A stretch of 63,689 nt of DNA, counting the filler, from Stramenopiles sp. TOSAG23-6 (taxonomy: Eukaryota), in the NCBI GenBank assembly GCA_900128565.1. It is 10 parts of 10 records of this genome, joined end to end, with 100 filler letters (N's around TTAATTAATTAA, not from the genome) between each part and the next. Parts side by side here need not be neighbours in the genome. Positions count along the whole stretch, not along the records: positions 19,197 to 25,481 come from LT636729.1; positions 25,582 to 31,857 come from LT636730.1; positions 31,958 to 38,232 come from LT636731.1; 7 more parts are not named here. One strand, 5' to 3'. A program made the position numbers and the translations under genes. Position 1 is the first letter of the stretch. Each line of letters starts with the position of its first letter. This document shows positions 22,926 to 38,162 of the stretch, piece by piece. The notes beneath the pieces were generated by a model. The model was given only the letters and a program-made list of their open reading frames with translations. It made no database searches and was not told the origin of the DNA.

Positions 22926-25382
22926 TTACTCTTCAAAAGTTGTACATTGACTAAATTGACTGATAAAAGAAATATGACTTAAATCACTCAAATGATCATT
23001 ATGCAGTTGCTCATTTCTATCAATAAAACATGAAGTAATAAAATCTCTAATAATTTTGATACTCTTTAAAAGTTCAAATAATTCAGTGATTTCATTAGGG
23101 TTAGGGTTATTAGGGTTAGGGCTATTATTTCCATTATTTTCAATGCATTTTGAAGAATTCGTATTTAATTTCGTACCAATTTGTTGAAGAATTTCACCCC
23201 ATAATTGTAGAACATACGAAATCTCAACTGAATGATCAAAAATTTCATCATTTGTTGTTGTACACGAATTATTTTGTGTTTTTTGTGTTTTTTTTGTTTT
23301 TTTTGTTTTTTGTGTATTTCGTGTTTTTTGTGTCTTTTGTTGTTTTTTGAATTGATTCAATGCAGAGTTTGATGTTTTTTTAGAATCATTGGAATTATAC
23401 TTCTTTTTATTAGGAGTTTTTATACGAATAGGAAGAGATTTTATATCCAAATTATTCTTTTGAAATATTGTACCATTAGGGTTAGGGTTAGGGTGTAATG
23501 AGTGATTTTCATTTTTTTCTAATGTTTGCCATTCCTTCTTAAAAACATCAGGATCTTGTTTTTGAAGTGAAATAATATCATCCTCAACTTGTCTATATTC
23601 TTTAATCAATCCATTGGATATTGAATTCCAATGAGATTGCATTTGACTCATTTGAAGTGAACGATGACGAAATAATCTACTTTCATGTATTTGGGAAAAA
23701 TATTTCAAAAAAAATTTTGAAAATTTGTTAGGTACAAAATTACGTACGAAAAAAAAATTCGATTTTTTTGTTAAAAAAAAAAATAAAACATACAGCAAGA
23801 ATTTGTGAAATGATAATATTTCGTGCAACTTGCAAAGAATATTGACTTGACTCAGTTCCATCTTTACTTTTCATACTAGTGTTTTGATATGATATTGAAT
23901 TGTTAGGGTTGGGGTTAGGGCTATAATTTTTTTTTTTTCCATCATTTTTTGTATCATTTTTTAAATCATTTTTTGTATTATTTTTTGTATCATTTTTCAA
24001 ATCATTTTTTAAATCATTTTTTAAATCTTTTGTTAATTCAGAAAATGAAAACTTGACATGAGGGAAACGACCTATATTTTGGAAAAATATTTCAAAAAAA
24101 AATCTAAAAAAAATTGTTAGGTACAAAATTGAAAAATATTTCAAAAAAAAATCTAAAAAAAATTGTTAGGTACAAAATTTACTATAAAAACCAAAAACCA
24201 AAAACCAAAAAAAAAAAAATCGAATTTGAAAAAAAATTGAAAAAAAATAAAACAAACTTGTGAATTTTTTTTCCAAGACTATAGAGGACAAATAAGAAAA
24301 AAGCATATACATTTTTTTTTCAATATCTATTTTTTGTTTTAATCCATTTTTCAAGAATACCAAATGCTTTGGGAGTATACCATCAGCTACTAATGTTTTT
24401 AAAGATTTTTGAGCGACGCGGTTGAAACTGCTAATTTGGAATTTATCTGTACATGTATTGTGAAAAATATTTTTTTTTTAATAAAATTTGTTAGGTACGA
24501 AATTTCGTACGAAAAAAAAAATAAATTCGAAATTGAAAAAAAATTGAAAATAAACGTACATGATCTTTCATCAATATTATTCTCCTCCAAAATATTATCC
24601 ATCCAATGTGCAAGTTTAGTTAATTTTGCCTCTTTTAATTTTTGACTTTGGTCTCGTTTTTTCATTTCTAATTTTTTTCGGATTCTGGGGAGTGAGACTT
24701 TCCTATATACAATGAGAAATTTTTCTGTCAGACTGTTTTCATTTTCTAGAGATATTTCGTGTTGTTGTTCGAATACTTCATTTTGTTTTTGATGACTATT
24801 TTGTGTACTACGTCTGGTGTTCAATTCTGATTTAACCAGACTATACGGTTTGAAAATTTTTCGAATTTTTTTTTGGTATTTTTTTTTGTTAGGTACAAAA
24901 TTTCGTATGAAAAAAAAAATTTCAAAAAATTTCAAAAAATTTCAAAAAAAAAAAAACGTACATTTCAATTGTATCATAAAATTCATTCCAACGACAAAAC
25001 CCTTCATTAAATGAATCACAAATTTTGACTAATTCTTTTTTTTGTGAATTTGGTAATTGAATATTAATCATTCTACAAATTTTATCAATGGCAACACGAA
25101 ATACTTTATTTGTCATACACTTTTTTGGAATTGATTTTGCTAAATCCATGTATTTTGGAAAAATATTTCAAAAATTTTCTAAAAAAAAAAATTTGTTAGG
25201 TACAAAATTTCGTACGAAAAAAAAAATTCATACAAAAAAATATCAAGAATTCGTGATAGATTATTTTTACATTGAAACTCAACAACAAGACCAGTGACAA
25301 ATATCCGTAAGGCTGTATCAAGAGGTAATTCATCACTAAGACTTCCTTGCATTGATTCACATGTGGATAGGATTGTACTAAC
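22926..25382 (-). CDS. Uncharacterised low-complexity multi-exon protein, 5' end truncated
   Basis: Exons join in frame across family introns with acceptors near 25148, 24841, 24453, 24082 and 23685. Confidence 0.5.
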
Positions 25383-25588
25383 ATGTAATTTTAGGAAAAT
25401 ATTTAAAAAAATAAAAAAAAAATGTTAGGTACAAAATTTACTATGAAAAAAAAAAGATTTTTTTTTTTTTTTTTTTTTTTTNNNNNNNNNNNNNNNNNNN
25501 NNNNNNNNNNNNNNNNNNNNNNNNNTTAATTAATTAANNNNNNNNNNNNNNNNNNNNNNNNNNNNNNNNNNNNNNNNNNNNGACTACA

Positions 25589-28823
<3,235 letters not shown>

Positions 28824-29055
28824 TTTCTTAGATTACCTTGTTGTTGTTTTGTGTTAAACAAACCTGCTTCTTGCTGAACAACATCAGTGCATCTGAATGA
28901 ATGCGAATGACACCGCAGCTGACTGATTTGAGATTTCGATTTGCTATCTTTTTTTTGATTTTTTTTTGTGTTTAGAATAGAAATCGTCTATGAAGAGAGC
29001 GAAACAATACGTTTCTTTTACAGTTTTTACATGCTATAGTACCTATACATAAAAA

Positions 29056-30036
29056 ATGATGATGAAATTACTTGTACTATTGATGGTATTTAATACTTAT
29101 TGCGCTAAAGGTGAAGTGCCTAAAGAAGAAAGGGATGCTTTAAAAAGTTTGTATTTCGCAACTGATGGAAAGAATTGGAGGTGGAGTTTTCTTTCTTCTC
29201 ATTTACCTTGGGATATAGATGGAACTGGATCTGTTTGCCGTTGGTCGGGTGTAACGTGCAATTTTGATGAAACCACTGTAGTTGAGTTAAAGCTGATATC
29301 CTCAACCCTGTCTGGTACAATTCCAAAGGAAATTGGTCAACTAAGAAATCTCAAAGAATTGAACTTGTCAGCCAACCACAAACTATCTGGTCCAATACCA
29401 AAAGAAATTGGTCAATTATCAAATCTCAAAGAATTGTACTTGGCTAACAATGAATTATCTGGCGCAATACCTGTGGAAGTTGGTCAACTAACAAATCTCG
29501 AAGAATTGCATTTGAACAACAATAAACTAACTGGCTCAATATCTCCTGCTGCATCTGATCAACTGACAAATCTTGAAGTTTTGGACTTGTCAACCAACAA
29601 GCTAACTGGTTCAATTCCTTCTGAAATTGGGAAACTAACAAAGCTCAAACATTTGGACTTGTCAAACAACAATTTATTTGGTGAAATTCCTTCTGAAATT
29701 GATCAATTATCGAATCTCACATATTTGAATTTGTCAAAGAACTTACAGTTATGCACAAAACTTTCGCGAAATCATTTTTGTAGAGATATGCCTGAATGTT
29801 GGGTATCATATACTTCTGAAAGCGAAGGTATTTATGACAAGTGTAAAAACAATACGACAAAAGTCTCAAAACAACGATGGTTACCATTTGTTATTATTGG
29901 AAGTGGTTTAAGTGTTTTACTAGTAATTGTATTTATATTCTGCTGGTGCCGCCGACAAAAAGCCAACGCTGAGAAAGGAGATAAGCCAACAGTAGATAAG
30001 CCAACAGTTGTCTCTGGTATTTATACAAATGTGTAG
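29056..30036 (+). CDS. Leucine-rich-repeat single-pass membrane protein
   Basis: Signal peptide, LRRNT cap (ERDALKSLYFATDG..W..VCRWSGVTC), about six plant-type LRRs (LxxLxLxxNxLxGxIP), transmembrane segment WLPFVIIGSGLSVLLVIVFIFCWC. Confidence 0.88.
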   Translation: MMMKLLVLLMVFNTYCAKGEVPKEERDALKSLYFATDGKNWRWSFLSSHLPWDIDGTGSVCRWSGVTCNFDETTVVELKLISSTLSGTIPKEIGQLRNLKELNLSANHKLSGPIPKEIGQLSNLKELYLANNELSGAIPVEVGQLTNLEELHLNNNKLTGSISPAASDQLTNLEVLDLSTNKLTGSIPSEIGKLTKLKHLDLSNNNLFGEIPSEIDQLSNLTYLNLSKNLQLCTKLSRNHFCRDMPECWVSYTSESEGIYDKCKNNTTKVSKQRWLPFVIIGSGLSVLLVIVFIFCWCRRQKANAEKGDKPTVDKPTVVSGIYTNV

Positions 30037-30336
30037 TGTATATACTTGTTTTTTTGTACGGAATTTCGTACGTAACGATGTTTTTGACTCAAAACAAAAA
30101 CTTACGGTAAAGTGTATGTCATTTTCAAGAATAAATTAACTAAAATGAAAACCACAAAAGTTTAATTGAAAATATTTTTGTTCCACATAAATTTATAAAT
30201 TAATACTTTTCAAGAATTGAAATGACTGAAATGAGTTAATTTTGAACTTTTTTATATCCTACCAGTTGTCGCCTACTGTACATAAAAAAAGTATGAAAAT
30301 CTCAAATTTATTATTTAATATTACATATCATCGAGT

Positions 30337-31689
30337 TTATTCATTCACAGATGAAATTTTACGTTTCTTAGCNTTTTCTTTTCTCTCTTTCTCTTTGCTA
30401 ATTCTAAGTTTTTCTTTTCTCTCTCTTTTTGCAGTTCCTTCAGTCAATACTCGAAGTTCTTCGTATTTTCGTTCCGCAAGGTCACCACAGGATGTTCTTT
30501 CGAATCCATAATCAATTGAGTTTATTTCATTGTCAACAATATCACCTTCAGCAGTTTGAGAAGCAAACCATTGAGCTTTGATTGCCATCCATGCAATATT
30601 TTCATCGCTGCCTGGTGAGTATGTTACAATACTATTATCCTCGCTATTAAACTTAGGCTTCATTTGAATAATATCAGGTGTATCTCCCACCACTTGAACA
30701 AGAAGTGAACCATCATCAACAAATACAATCCCACGTATCACTGATTTCTTTGATATATCAATTGGTATCGTAGATATATGAGAAATTCTTGGAGAGACAC
30801 CTTCATCCGCAACTTTATAACAGAAGATCATTGACCTCTTTGAGACTAAGACGGCAATAACATTATTAATACTACAATAACTTATCACATCGATCTTGTC
30901 AATGCATTGAGGAATAACATCTTCAGACTCTGTACATTTCTCATTCTTTTTTTTGCCTTTTCGTTTCTCTTTTTTTTCATTTGCTCGCTGCAGAGCTGCA
31001 ACGTCACCACCACACTCAGGCAACAAAACTTTTTGTGTAAGTGTACCTTCACTTAACTTCCACACAGCCATGTTACCATTGCCATCACCGGAAATAAGCG
31101 TATCTGAACAACCTGATAGTTCGTGAATTGCAGTTACATATGTTGAATGGCCAAGACAAAAACACTTCAACTCGTTAGTGCTTGGAAAATGAGAAACGCG
31201 AATCTTTTCATCTCTATCGGCCGTCACCAAATACTTCAAGTTAGAAGTCACAAGCGTTTGAGTAACAATTGAGCCTGTATGACCACATAAAAGTTGATAG
31301 TTCGATGTGATATCAGGTACTGACATTGCAGATACATCACCAACACGATCAGCAACTATTAACACTGGGACTTTAGGTTTTTCTTCACTACCACCTATAG
31401 AACCAAATGTAATTGCGGAGGGCTTCTTTGGTAATACCCTCTGGGATAACACTTTTCCAGTTTTACAACACCAAAGTTTAACAACCTTGGCATCGCATAT
31501 TGATGCTAATACTTTACCTTCTGGGCCAAAACAGATACCCACGATCTTTCCCTCGTGAGCTTGCTCCATACCATCGATAATACACCGAGCAGGGTCATCC
31601 GAAGAAGTGAGAGGAGTAGGTGAAAAAAGTAGTAGTCGCGTGGAAGATGCAATGGCTAATGAATTAGTACTACTGTGAAATTGAATCAT
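30337..31689 (-). CDS. WDR4: WD-repeat subunit of tRNA m7G46 methyltransferase (WDR4/Trm82)
   Basis: LPKKPSAITF...VADRVGDV...LCGH...YLVTADRDEKIRVSHFP...FCLGHSTYV. Confidence 0.85.
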   Translation of the reverse strand: MIQFHSSTNSLAIASSTRLLLFSPTPLTSSDDPARCIIDGMEQAHEGKIVGICFGPEGKVLASICDAKVVKLWCCKTGKVLSQRVLPKKPSAITFGSIGGSEEKPKVPVLIVADRVGDVSAMSVPDITSNYQLLCGHTGSIVTQTLVTSNLKYLVTADRDEKIRVSHFPSTNELKCFCLGHSTYVTAIHELSGCSDTLISGDGNGNMAVWKLSEGTLTQKVLLPECGGDVAALQRANEKKEKRKGKKKNEKCTESEDVIPQCIDKIDVISYCSINNVIAVLVSKRSMIFCYKVADEGVSPRISHISTIPIDISKKSVIRGIVFVDDGSLLVQVVGDTPDIIQMKPKFNSEDNSIVTYSPGSDENIAWMAIKAQWFASQTAEGDIVDNEINSIDYGFERTSCGDLAERKYEELRVLTEGTAKRERKEKLRISKEKERKEXAKKRKISSVNE

Positions 31690-32012
31690 TTTGTTGAAAC
31701 TTGAATGCTGGTACTTCAAAGCTTGTATAATTATGCTACAAAGTAGATGCAAAAGAATCTATTTTTGTTTTGTTGTTAGTAGTACAAGTATCGAAAGAAA
31801 ACAAAAATAGTGCATAGATCGATTCAGCGAAAAAATTTGTTTTTTTTTTCGACCCGGNNNNNNNNNNNNNNNNNNNNNNNNNNNNNNNNNNNNNNNNNNN
31901 NTTAATTAATTAANNNNNNNNNNNNNNNNNNNNNNNNNNNNNNNNNNNNNNNNNNNNTATAAAAATTTTGTACCTAACGATTTTTTTTTTGAAATATTTT
32001 TCCAAAATACAT

Positions 32013-34727
32013 TTGGCCAGAAAGAAAATTTGTGTAATGATAAAACAAATGCGGAAGCGTCAGGAAATTCTGGAACAATAGTGACTACTGTACGTCGTGG
32101 AAGTGGAACCTTTGGTGATGATAATAGTAGTGATGATTCACAAAATAGCGATGACTATTCTTTGCAGTTGAAGCGTGGTACATCTGCTGGTTTTGGTAAA
32201 GGTGTCCGTTTTGAAGAAAATGAAGAATGTGATACAATGGCGAATACAGTTCAAGAGAATCATGTGAAACCAAGAAATAATAATTGGCATTTTAGAGGTT
32301 TTGGTAGAGATGACCAATCTAGTGTGTCCGATTTTAGAAACGGGAGCAGTGGAGGAGGATCTCATAGCGATGTAGGCGGTGCACGCAGTCGCTTTGGTGC
32401 AAACAGTACTGAGAGTGGATACGAATGTGTCGATGTACGTTTTCATAGATGAATTTCAAATTTTGTTTTTTTGGTAGAAAATTTTATACCTAACAATTTT
32501 TTTTTTTTTTTTTGAAATATTTTTCCACAATATATGATCAGAGTGAATCAATGAGTGATGATTCAGGCAATGGTGAACCTCAAGTAGTGTCTGTTTTTGT
32601 ACCTGAAGATTGGCTTGAAGGACAACATATCCTAGTGACCATGACGGATGGTCATAGATATACTCTCGCTGTTCCTCCAGGAATGTACGTTTTACTTTTT
32701 TTTTAATTCCAATTTTTTTTTTTTAGTTTTCGTACGAAATTTTGTACCTAACAATTTTTAGTTTTTTTTTTCAAATATTTTTCCAAAACACATTGGTCCA
32801 GGAGAATCATTTCAAACAGAACTTCATAGTCACATGCCTGAACCTGAGGTTGTTTCTGTTCCTGTACCTTTAGACTGGCAAAAAGGGCAACATATACTAA
32901 TTAGCATGACTGATGGTCGGAGATATACCCTTGCCGTACCCCCTGGCATGTACGTTTTCATTATGAATTTCAAATTTATTTTTTTTTTAATACGAAATTT
33001 TGTACCTAACATTTTTTTTTTTTTTTTGAGTTTTTATTTCGATACGTTTTCATTATGAATTTCAAATGTATATTTTTTTTCCATAAAAAAATTTCACATC
33101 TAACCAATTTAAAAAAAAACAATTTTTTTCACAAAACATTGGTCCTGGTGAAGTATTTCAAGCTCATTTACGGCCAAATAAAAATGGTGAATATGAAGAA
33201 GATAATAGAAGTAGTCAGGAAAATAACGAGGAAGGTACAGATAATCCTAACCCTAACCCTAAAGATACGAATGAAAATCGTGCAGATAAATCTATTCAAG
33301 ATATTGATGATATTGAAATAGACGGTAAACGAGATGATAGCCATATTGATGATAAAGATAATCATTTGGGGGAGGTAAAACAACAAGGAAATTCGGAAGT
33401 GCTTTCAAAGACACCATCCTGTACATTTTCATTTTGATTTCCAAATTGTTTTTACTAAGAAAATGGAAAATTTTGTACCTAACAAATTTTTTAAATCAAA
33501 AAATATATATAAATCCATTCCAGCATCCATTGCTGTAGTGTTGCTCATTTGGAAACCATTGTTTGTCGTTTTGTTTCCGGGTTATGTTTACACTGGTGAC
33601 CTCACAAAGGTGTTTCTCTTCCAAGGTTGTATTGGAGGCTCCACACAGACAGTGTTCGTTTTTTGCCTGCTGGAAGTGTTAATCTCTTGTGTTTTGCTCA
33701 AAGACATTGTTGTTCCTTCTGTATTTGGTGCTTTGTGGGGGAAATTTACTCATCTAAAACGAAGAAAATTAGTAGGCTTCTGTGTGAAAATTATTGTCAG
33801 AGCTTCATGTTTCGTGCAAATCGCATTTTTAGTAGCTCCTCAAGTCGACTTGGAACGTGGATTATTCGGTAAATTTAATATAAAAAAATCCAACATGGTC
33901 CTTTTAAACAAACACACTGCAATGACATGTGAAGAAGCTGGCATGTCACTCACAGATGCAGTTGCTATGCGGGCTTGGATTTTTGCCCGTGACAATATTA
34001 TGGCCGTCATGATTTGGGAATTGGCGAGTATTCCAGAACTACCTCTAGATGCTTGGTTACATCATTTATTTGTCATTCTAGGAGTTTGTTTGGGCACAGA
34101 TCCTCAAGTTATGGCTTCACAAGAAAAGGTACAACCATTTATTGATAATGTTTCATTTTTCTTAATTTTAGGTGGTTCAGGTTCGTTTTCATCATGAATT
34201 TTTTTACCTATTTTTTTTTTCATACGAAATTTTGTACCTAACGATATTTTTTTTTTTTAATTTTTCACAATACAGTTGCCGGATTAGTAGAAAGTTGTGT
34301 TTTAGGCTACCATTTAAATAGTAGCAAACCTGATCGCCAGGCTATTTGGATTCAAAGAAGTATTGCCATTCAATCAATTATGGTGTCTATTTTATTTGTT
34401 ATCCTCCCTTCTTTTGTAATCATGAAAAGTTGGCAACATTTTGGGGCACTTGCATGTACGTTTTATTTTTTTCAATTTCGAATTTATTTTTTTTTCGTAC
34501 GAAATTTCGTACCTAACAAATTGTACAAATTTTTTTTTTTTCACAATACATACGGTTACATGGCCTTAATTCTTATTTTAGTGGCTGTAGAAATTAGAAT
34601 GATTATAGTGAAATTTTCAATTGTGAAACATGCAAAAAAAAAAGCTGCAAATTTACTTCAAAGTGATTCAGAGACGAATCAGACAGATATGAGTGAAATG
34701 TCAAATGTACAAAAGAAATTTGAATGA
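32013..34727 (+). CDS. Multi-exon membrane protein with two VSVxVPxDWxxGQHILxxMTDGxRYTLAVPPGIGPGExFQ repeats; 5' end truncated
   Basis: Frame restored across six family introns (five end AT; 34181-34275 ends AG); several hydrophobic segments and an LHHL motif. Confidence 0.6.
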
Positions 34728-34878
34728 TAAAATTATTAGGCATCAAATTTAGTTTGACAAGAATTATGTTATCACTAATAAGGAGAGAGCTATAATTTAT
34801 AAATATTTCTGGTACACTAGTAGTAGTAAATGCTTGATACACTACATGTTTTACTACATGTTATTTTTTAATATCTTT

Positions 34879-35493
34879 TTAGCATATTTTATGAAGTAAA
34901 AGCCCATCTTTTCCATCATATATACTAAATTTTCTAAAAGATGTTGGATCTTGCCAGACTACACTATCACTAACACTATAAAACTTACCCGACTCAAATT
35001 CTAATGCAGCTTTCCAACAAATTGGCCAGCATATAGGGACACAACAGCAGCACAAAGCAGGGAACAAACAGAGATGATCGTGGCCACTCCTCCATAAATT
35101 GCCACAGAAGCAGCAGGGACATCCCTCGGATCCATACCATACACAACATCCATGATGGGCCTGAGACATCCTCCCTTGCATTGGTGATATTCTTCTATGC
35201 GGTGGAATTCGATTATCCATTCTTAACATTTGGGTTTGTTGATGATGCATCTCAACTGAATGTCCATAGTTTCCTGGCATAGAATATCCGGGATATTGCG
35301 TCTGCATCTGCACACGTGCTTGTTGACCACGATATTGCGCTTGAATTTGAGCCGCAGCATGGTGTTGTTGCTGTGTATATACTTGATTTTGATTATACAA
35401 CGCTGGATTATTTGGAACTATTTGTGGATTATATTGAGCAACTTGTGGATTATGTTGTGGAGCAGATGGTACAACTCGTGACTGCATCATCAT
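34879..35493 (-). CDS. Q/P-rich protein with an IQ-like motif and a Cys-rich region
   Basis: AAAQIQAQYRGQQAR IQ motif; CPCCFC and LCCCCVPICWPIC. Confidence 0.55.
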   Translation of the reverse strand: MMMQSRVVPSAPQHNPQVAQYNPQIVPNNPALYNQNQVYTQQQHHAAAQIQAQYRGQQARVQMQTQYPGYSMPGNYGHSVEMHHQQTQMLRMDNRIPPHRRISPMQGRMSQAHHGCCVWYGSEGCPCCFCGNLWRSGHDHLCLFPALCCCCVPICWPICWKAALEFESGKFYSVSDSVVWQDPTSFRKFSIYDGKDGLLLHKIC

Positions 35494-35654
35494 CTTCTCT
35501 GCTCTTTTATTGAAAATATACGATAATAGTATCTTTTTTATATCTTTCTTTGTTTTCTTCAAATTTTTACGTTGATTTTTCAGATGATTATTTTTTCACT
35601 CATCATACTTTTTTAGTGCTTTAGTACTTTACGCTAAAAAAGTATTTCAATTAT

Positions 35655-37254
35655 ATGATTCTAGGATCTGGTTCGATTGACCGTTTTGCGGCATCTGCCC
35701 CATGGGCAGTATTTCCACGCAAGCGACTTGAAATTAGTTATAGTGATTATGCTCATGGCTTATATCAATGTGTATCATCAAAGGAAGAAGATCGTGCGGA
35801 AGTCTCGACTAAAATTGAGCGCTATTGGTCCCCGCATGGAAATGGTTTTGTTTGCTTATCAGTACGCACAGGATTTGATTTATACTTACAGGCACTAAAT
35901 CTTCCTCATGGATCTGAAGTGTTGATGAGTGCGGTAACAATCAAAGATATGGTTCGAATTGTTGAGCATCATGGACTTATCCCTATTGCAATCGATATGG
36001 ATGAAGATGTACTAGTTCCTAGTACTGAATCTATTTTATCCGCGTTGACTCCACGTACTAAGCTTCTTGTATTTGCCCACTTATTTGGTACTATTGTAGA
36101 TCTTACTGATATTGCATTACTTTGTCAAAATAATGGGATATTATTTATGGAAGATTGCGCTGAAGCATATGCTGGACCTTCCTATAGAGGCCATCCAAAT
36201 GCCAGTGTGACCTCCTTTTCATTTGGAACTATCAAAACTTCAACAGCTTTAGGTGGTTGTTTAATGACAATTAAGGATCCATTTATTCTTGAGAATATGC
36301 AAAAACTTCATTCTGCTTATTCTCCTAGACCTAGAAGTGTATTTACAAAAAGAATAGTAAAGTGTAGGTTTACTTTTTGAATCTCACAAGTATTTACATT
36401 TCATTGACAATTTTGAACCTAACCATTGTAATTTTTCTTCACATTTTCACAACACATATGGGTTATATAACTTCGTATCTTCCCCCGCATTGTTTGGTTT
36501 AGCAGTGGCTGCAATGGATGCTGTAGGATTAGATTATGATACTGTTATTACTAATAATTCTCGAGGCTTCCCTGCCGAAGGTGATGCCTTTTATGACCTC
36601 ATTCGATTTCAACCATCAATCCCTTTACTCCATTTGATGTGGCGACGTCTTCATACGTTTGATGAAAAATTTCTAGAAAGTAGAAAAGAACGAGGTAAGG
36701 TAGTGGCAGAATATCTCCAAACCCTTCAAGGTGTTACAGTACCTGGTTCAGCCGTGAAGACTCATTATTATTGGCTTTTTCCAGTTGTACTTCATGACGA
36801 TATAGATTTAAAAATGGTGTGTTCAAAAATGTTAGAAAAAGGGTTTGATGTCACACCAGGGGCAACCCAACTTGGATGTGTTACAAGCTATGTGTCTAGA
36901 AAAGTTTTAGATAACCAAATGTTTCAAGATAATTTCCCATATAAAATGTCCAAAATGATGCCTCGAGTAATTTATTTACCGGTCCAACCTCTTATGTACG
37001 TTTTCACAATTAATTTCAAATTTATTTTTTTTCGTACGAAATTTTGTACCTAACGATTTTTTTACAAAAAATATTTTTCACAATACATGCCAAAATGGTC
37101 TTTGCGGTTACTTCTTCATTCTTTTACTACTGCAGTTGTTCAAGCAAGCCGAGACCGAAGTGCTCAAGATTCTAAAAAAATAGATCCTACTGGATACGTG
37201 AAGTCTTTCATTCATGAAGATGATGAATGGGTAGGGCCAAAGTCCAGGTTGTGA
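35655..37254 (+). CDS. DegT/DnrJ/EryC1/StrS-family PLP aminotransferase, 3 exons, C-terminal SRL
   Basis: LLVFAHLFG, FMEDCAEA, FSFGTIKTSTALGG; introns 36364-36457 and 36996-37088 (GT...AT); spliced product ends GPKSRL-stop. Confidence 0.85.
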
Positions 37255-37426
37255 AGCCTTTATTAAAAAAAATAGTAATAAAAAAAACGTTGTACCTAGC
37301 TAAAAAAACATTTTTTTTTCGTACTGCACATAGCATTGTACATAACATTGTGTACAATTAAAAAAAAAAAGTAGAAAAATATATATTAAATACATTTTAT
37401 TTTGGGCATTCAAATCAAGATTTAAA

Positions 37427-38162
37427 TCAAGATTTTCGACTTGTCCCACGTTTCGGTCTTTTACTTGCACGAGTGGCAACCTTTGTCTTTGACGCACGAA
37501 GTCTCTTTGATGTCCGCGCAGTGGGCTCTTTTTCAGTCAATTTTGGGGTCGGTGCAACAGAGCGATTCCGGCCCGAAATACGGCGTTTTTTCACTGGAGC
37601 ATTTGAAGTAGATTCAACTGTATTCGAAACAATGTCTACTTTTCCTTCACGTTTTTTTACAGTAGTAGATGTAGTTTTATTTTTCACTTTTAAATTTGTT
37701 TGGGTTTTCGATTTAGGTTTTGGTTTTGGTTTTGCCTTTGTTTTCGTCTTTTGTTTTGTTTTTTCTTTTGGTTTTGACTTTTGCGAATTTTTAGATTTTG
37801 TACTTTTTCCTTTTATTGAATCAGAACCCTTATTGGAACCTGGATGCCAATTACCTCCACGTCGTGCTGCCTTTGGCATTGGCGCAGTAATATTATATCG
37901 ATTTCTAATAGATTCGAGATCAAATGTACCTTTGATGTATGCTAATCGTAAAGTATGTAATTTATCATAATGTTCATCAGTTAATGCATCAGCATCTTCT
38001 TGTTCCTCATGACTAGAACTGTCAGATAATTCATTAGTATCTATTCTACGGTCCATACCCTGACACGCACGAAGAAAAGAACCTCTACCAGCATCACGCC
38101 AACCTTCTTTATCAGTACCTTCGACTGGGAACAGTTCAAGATCACGCTTTGTAGCAGCAGAG
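37427..38162 (-). CDS. Last exon of a Lys/Arg-rich, probably nuclear protein
   Basis: Open frame after family acceptor CTACAATACAT at about 38163; basic C-terminus. Confidence 0.5.
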
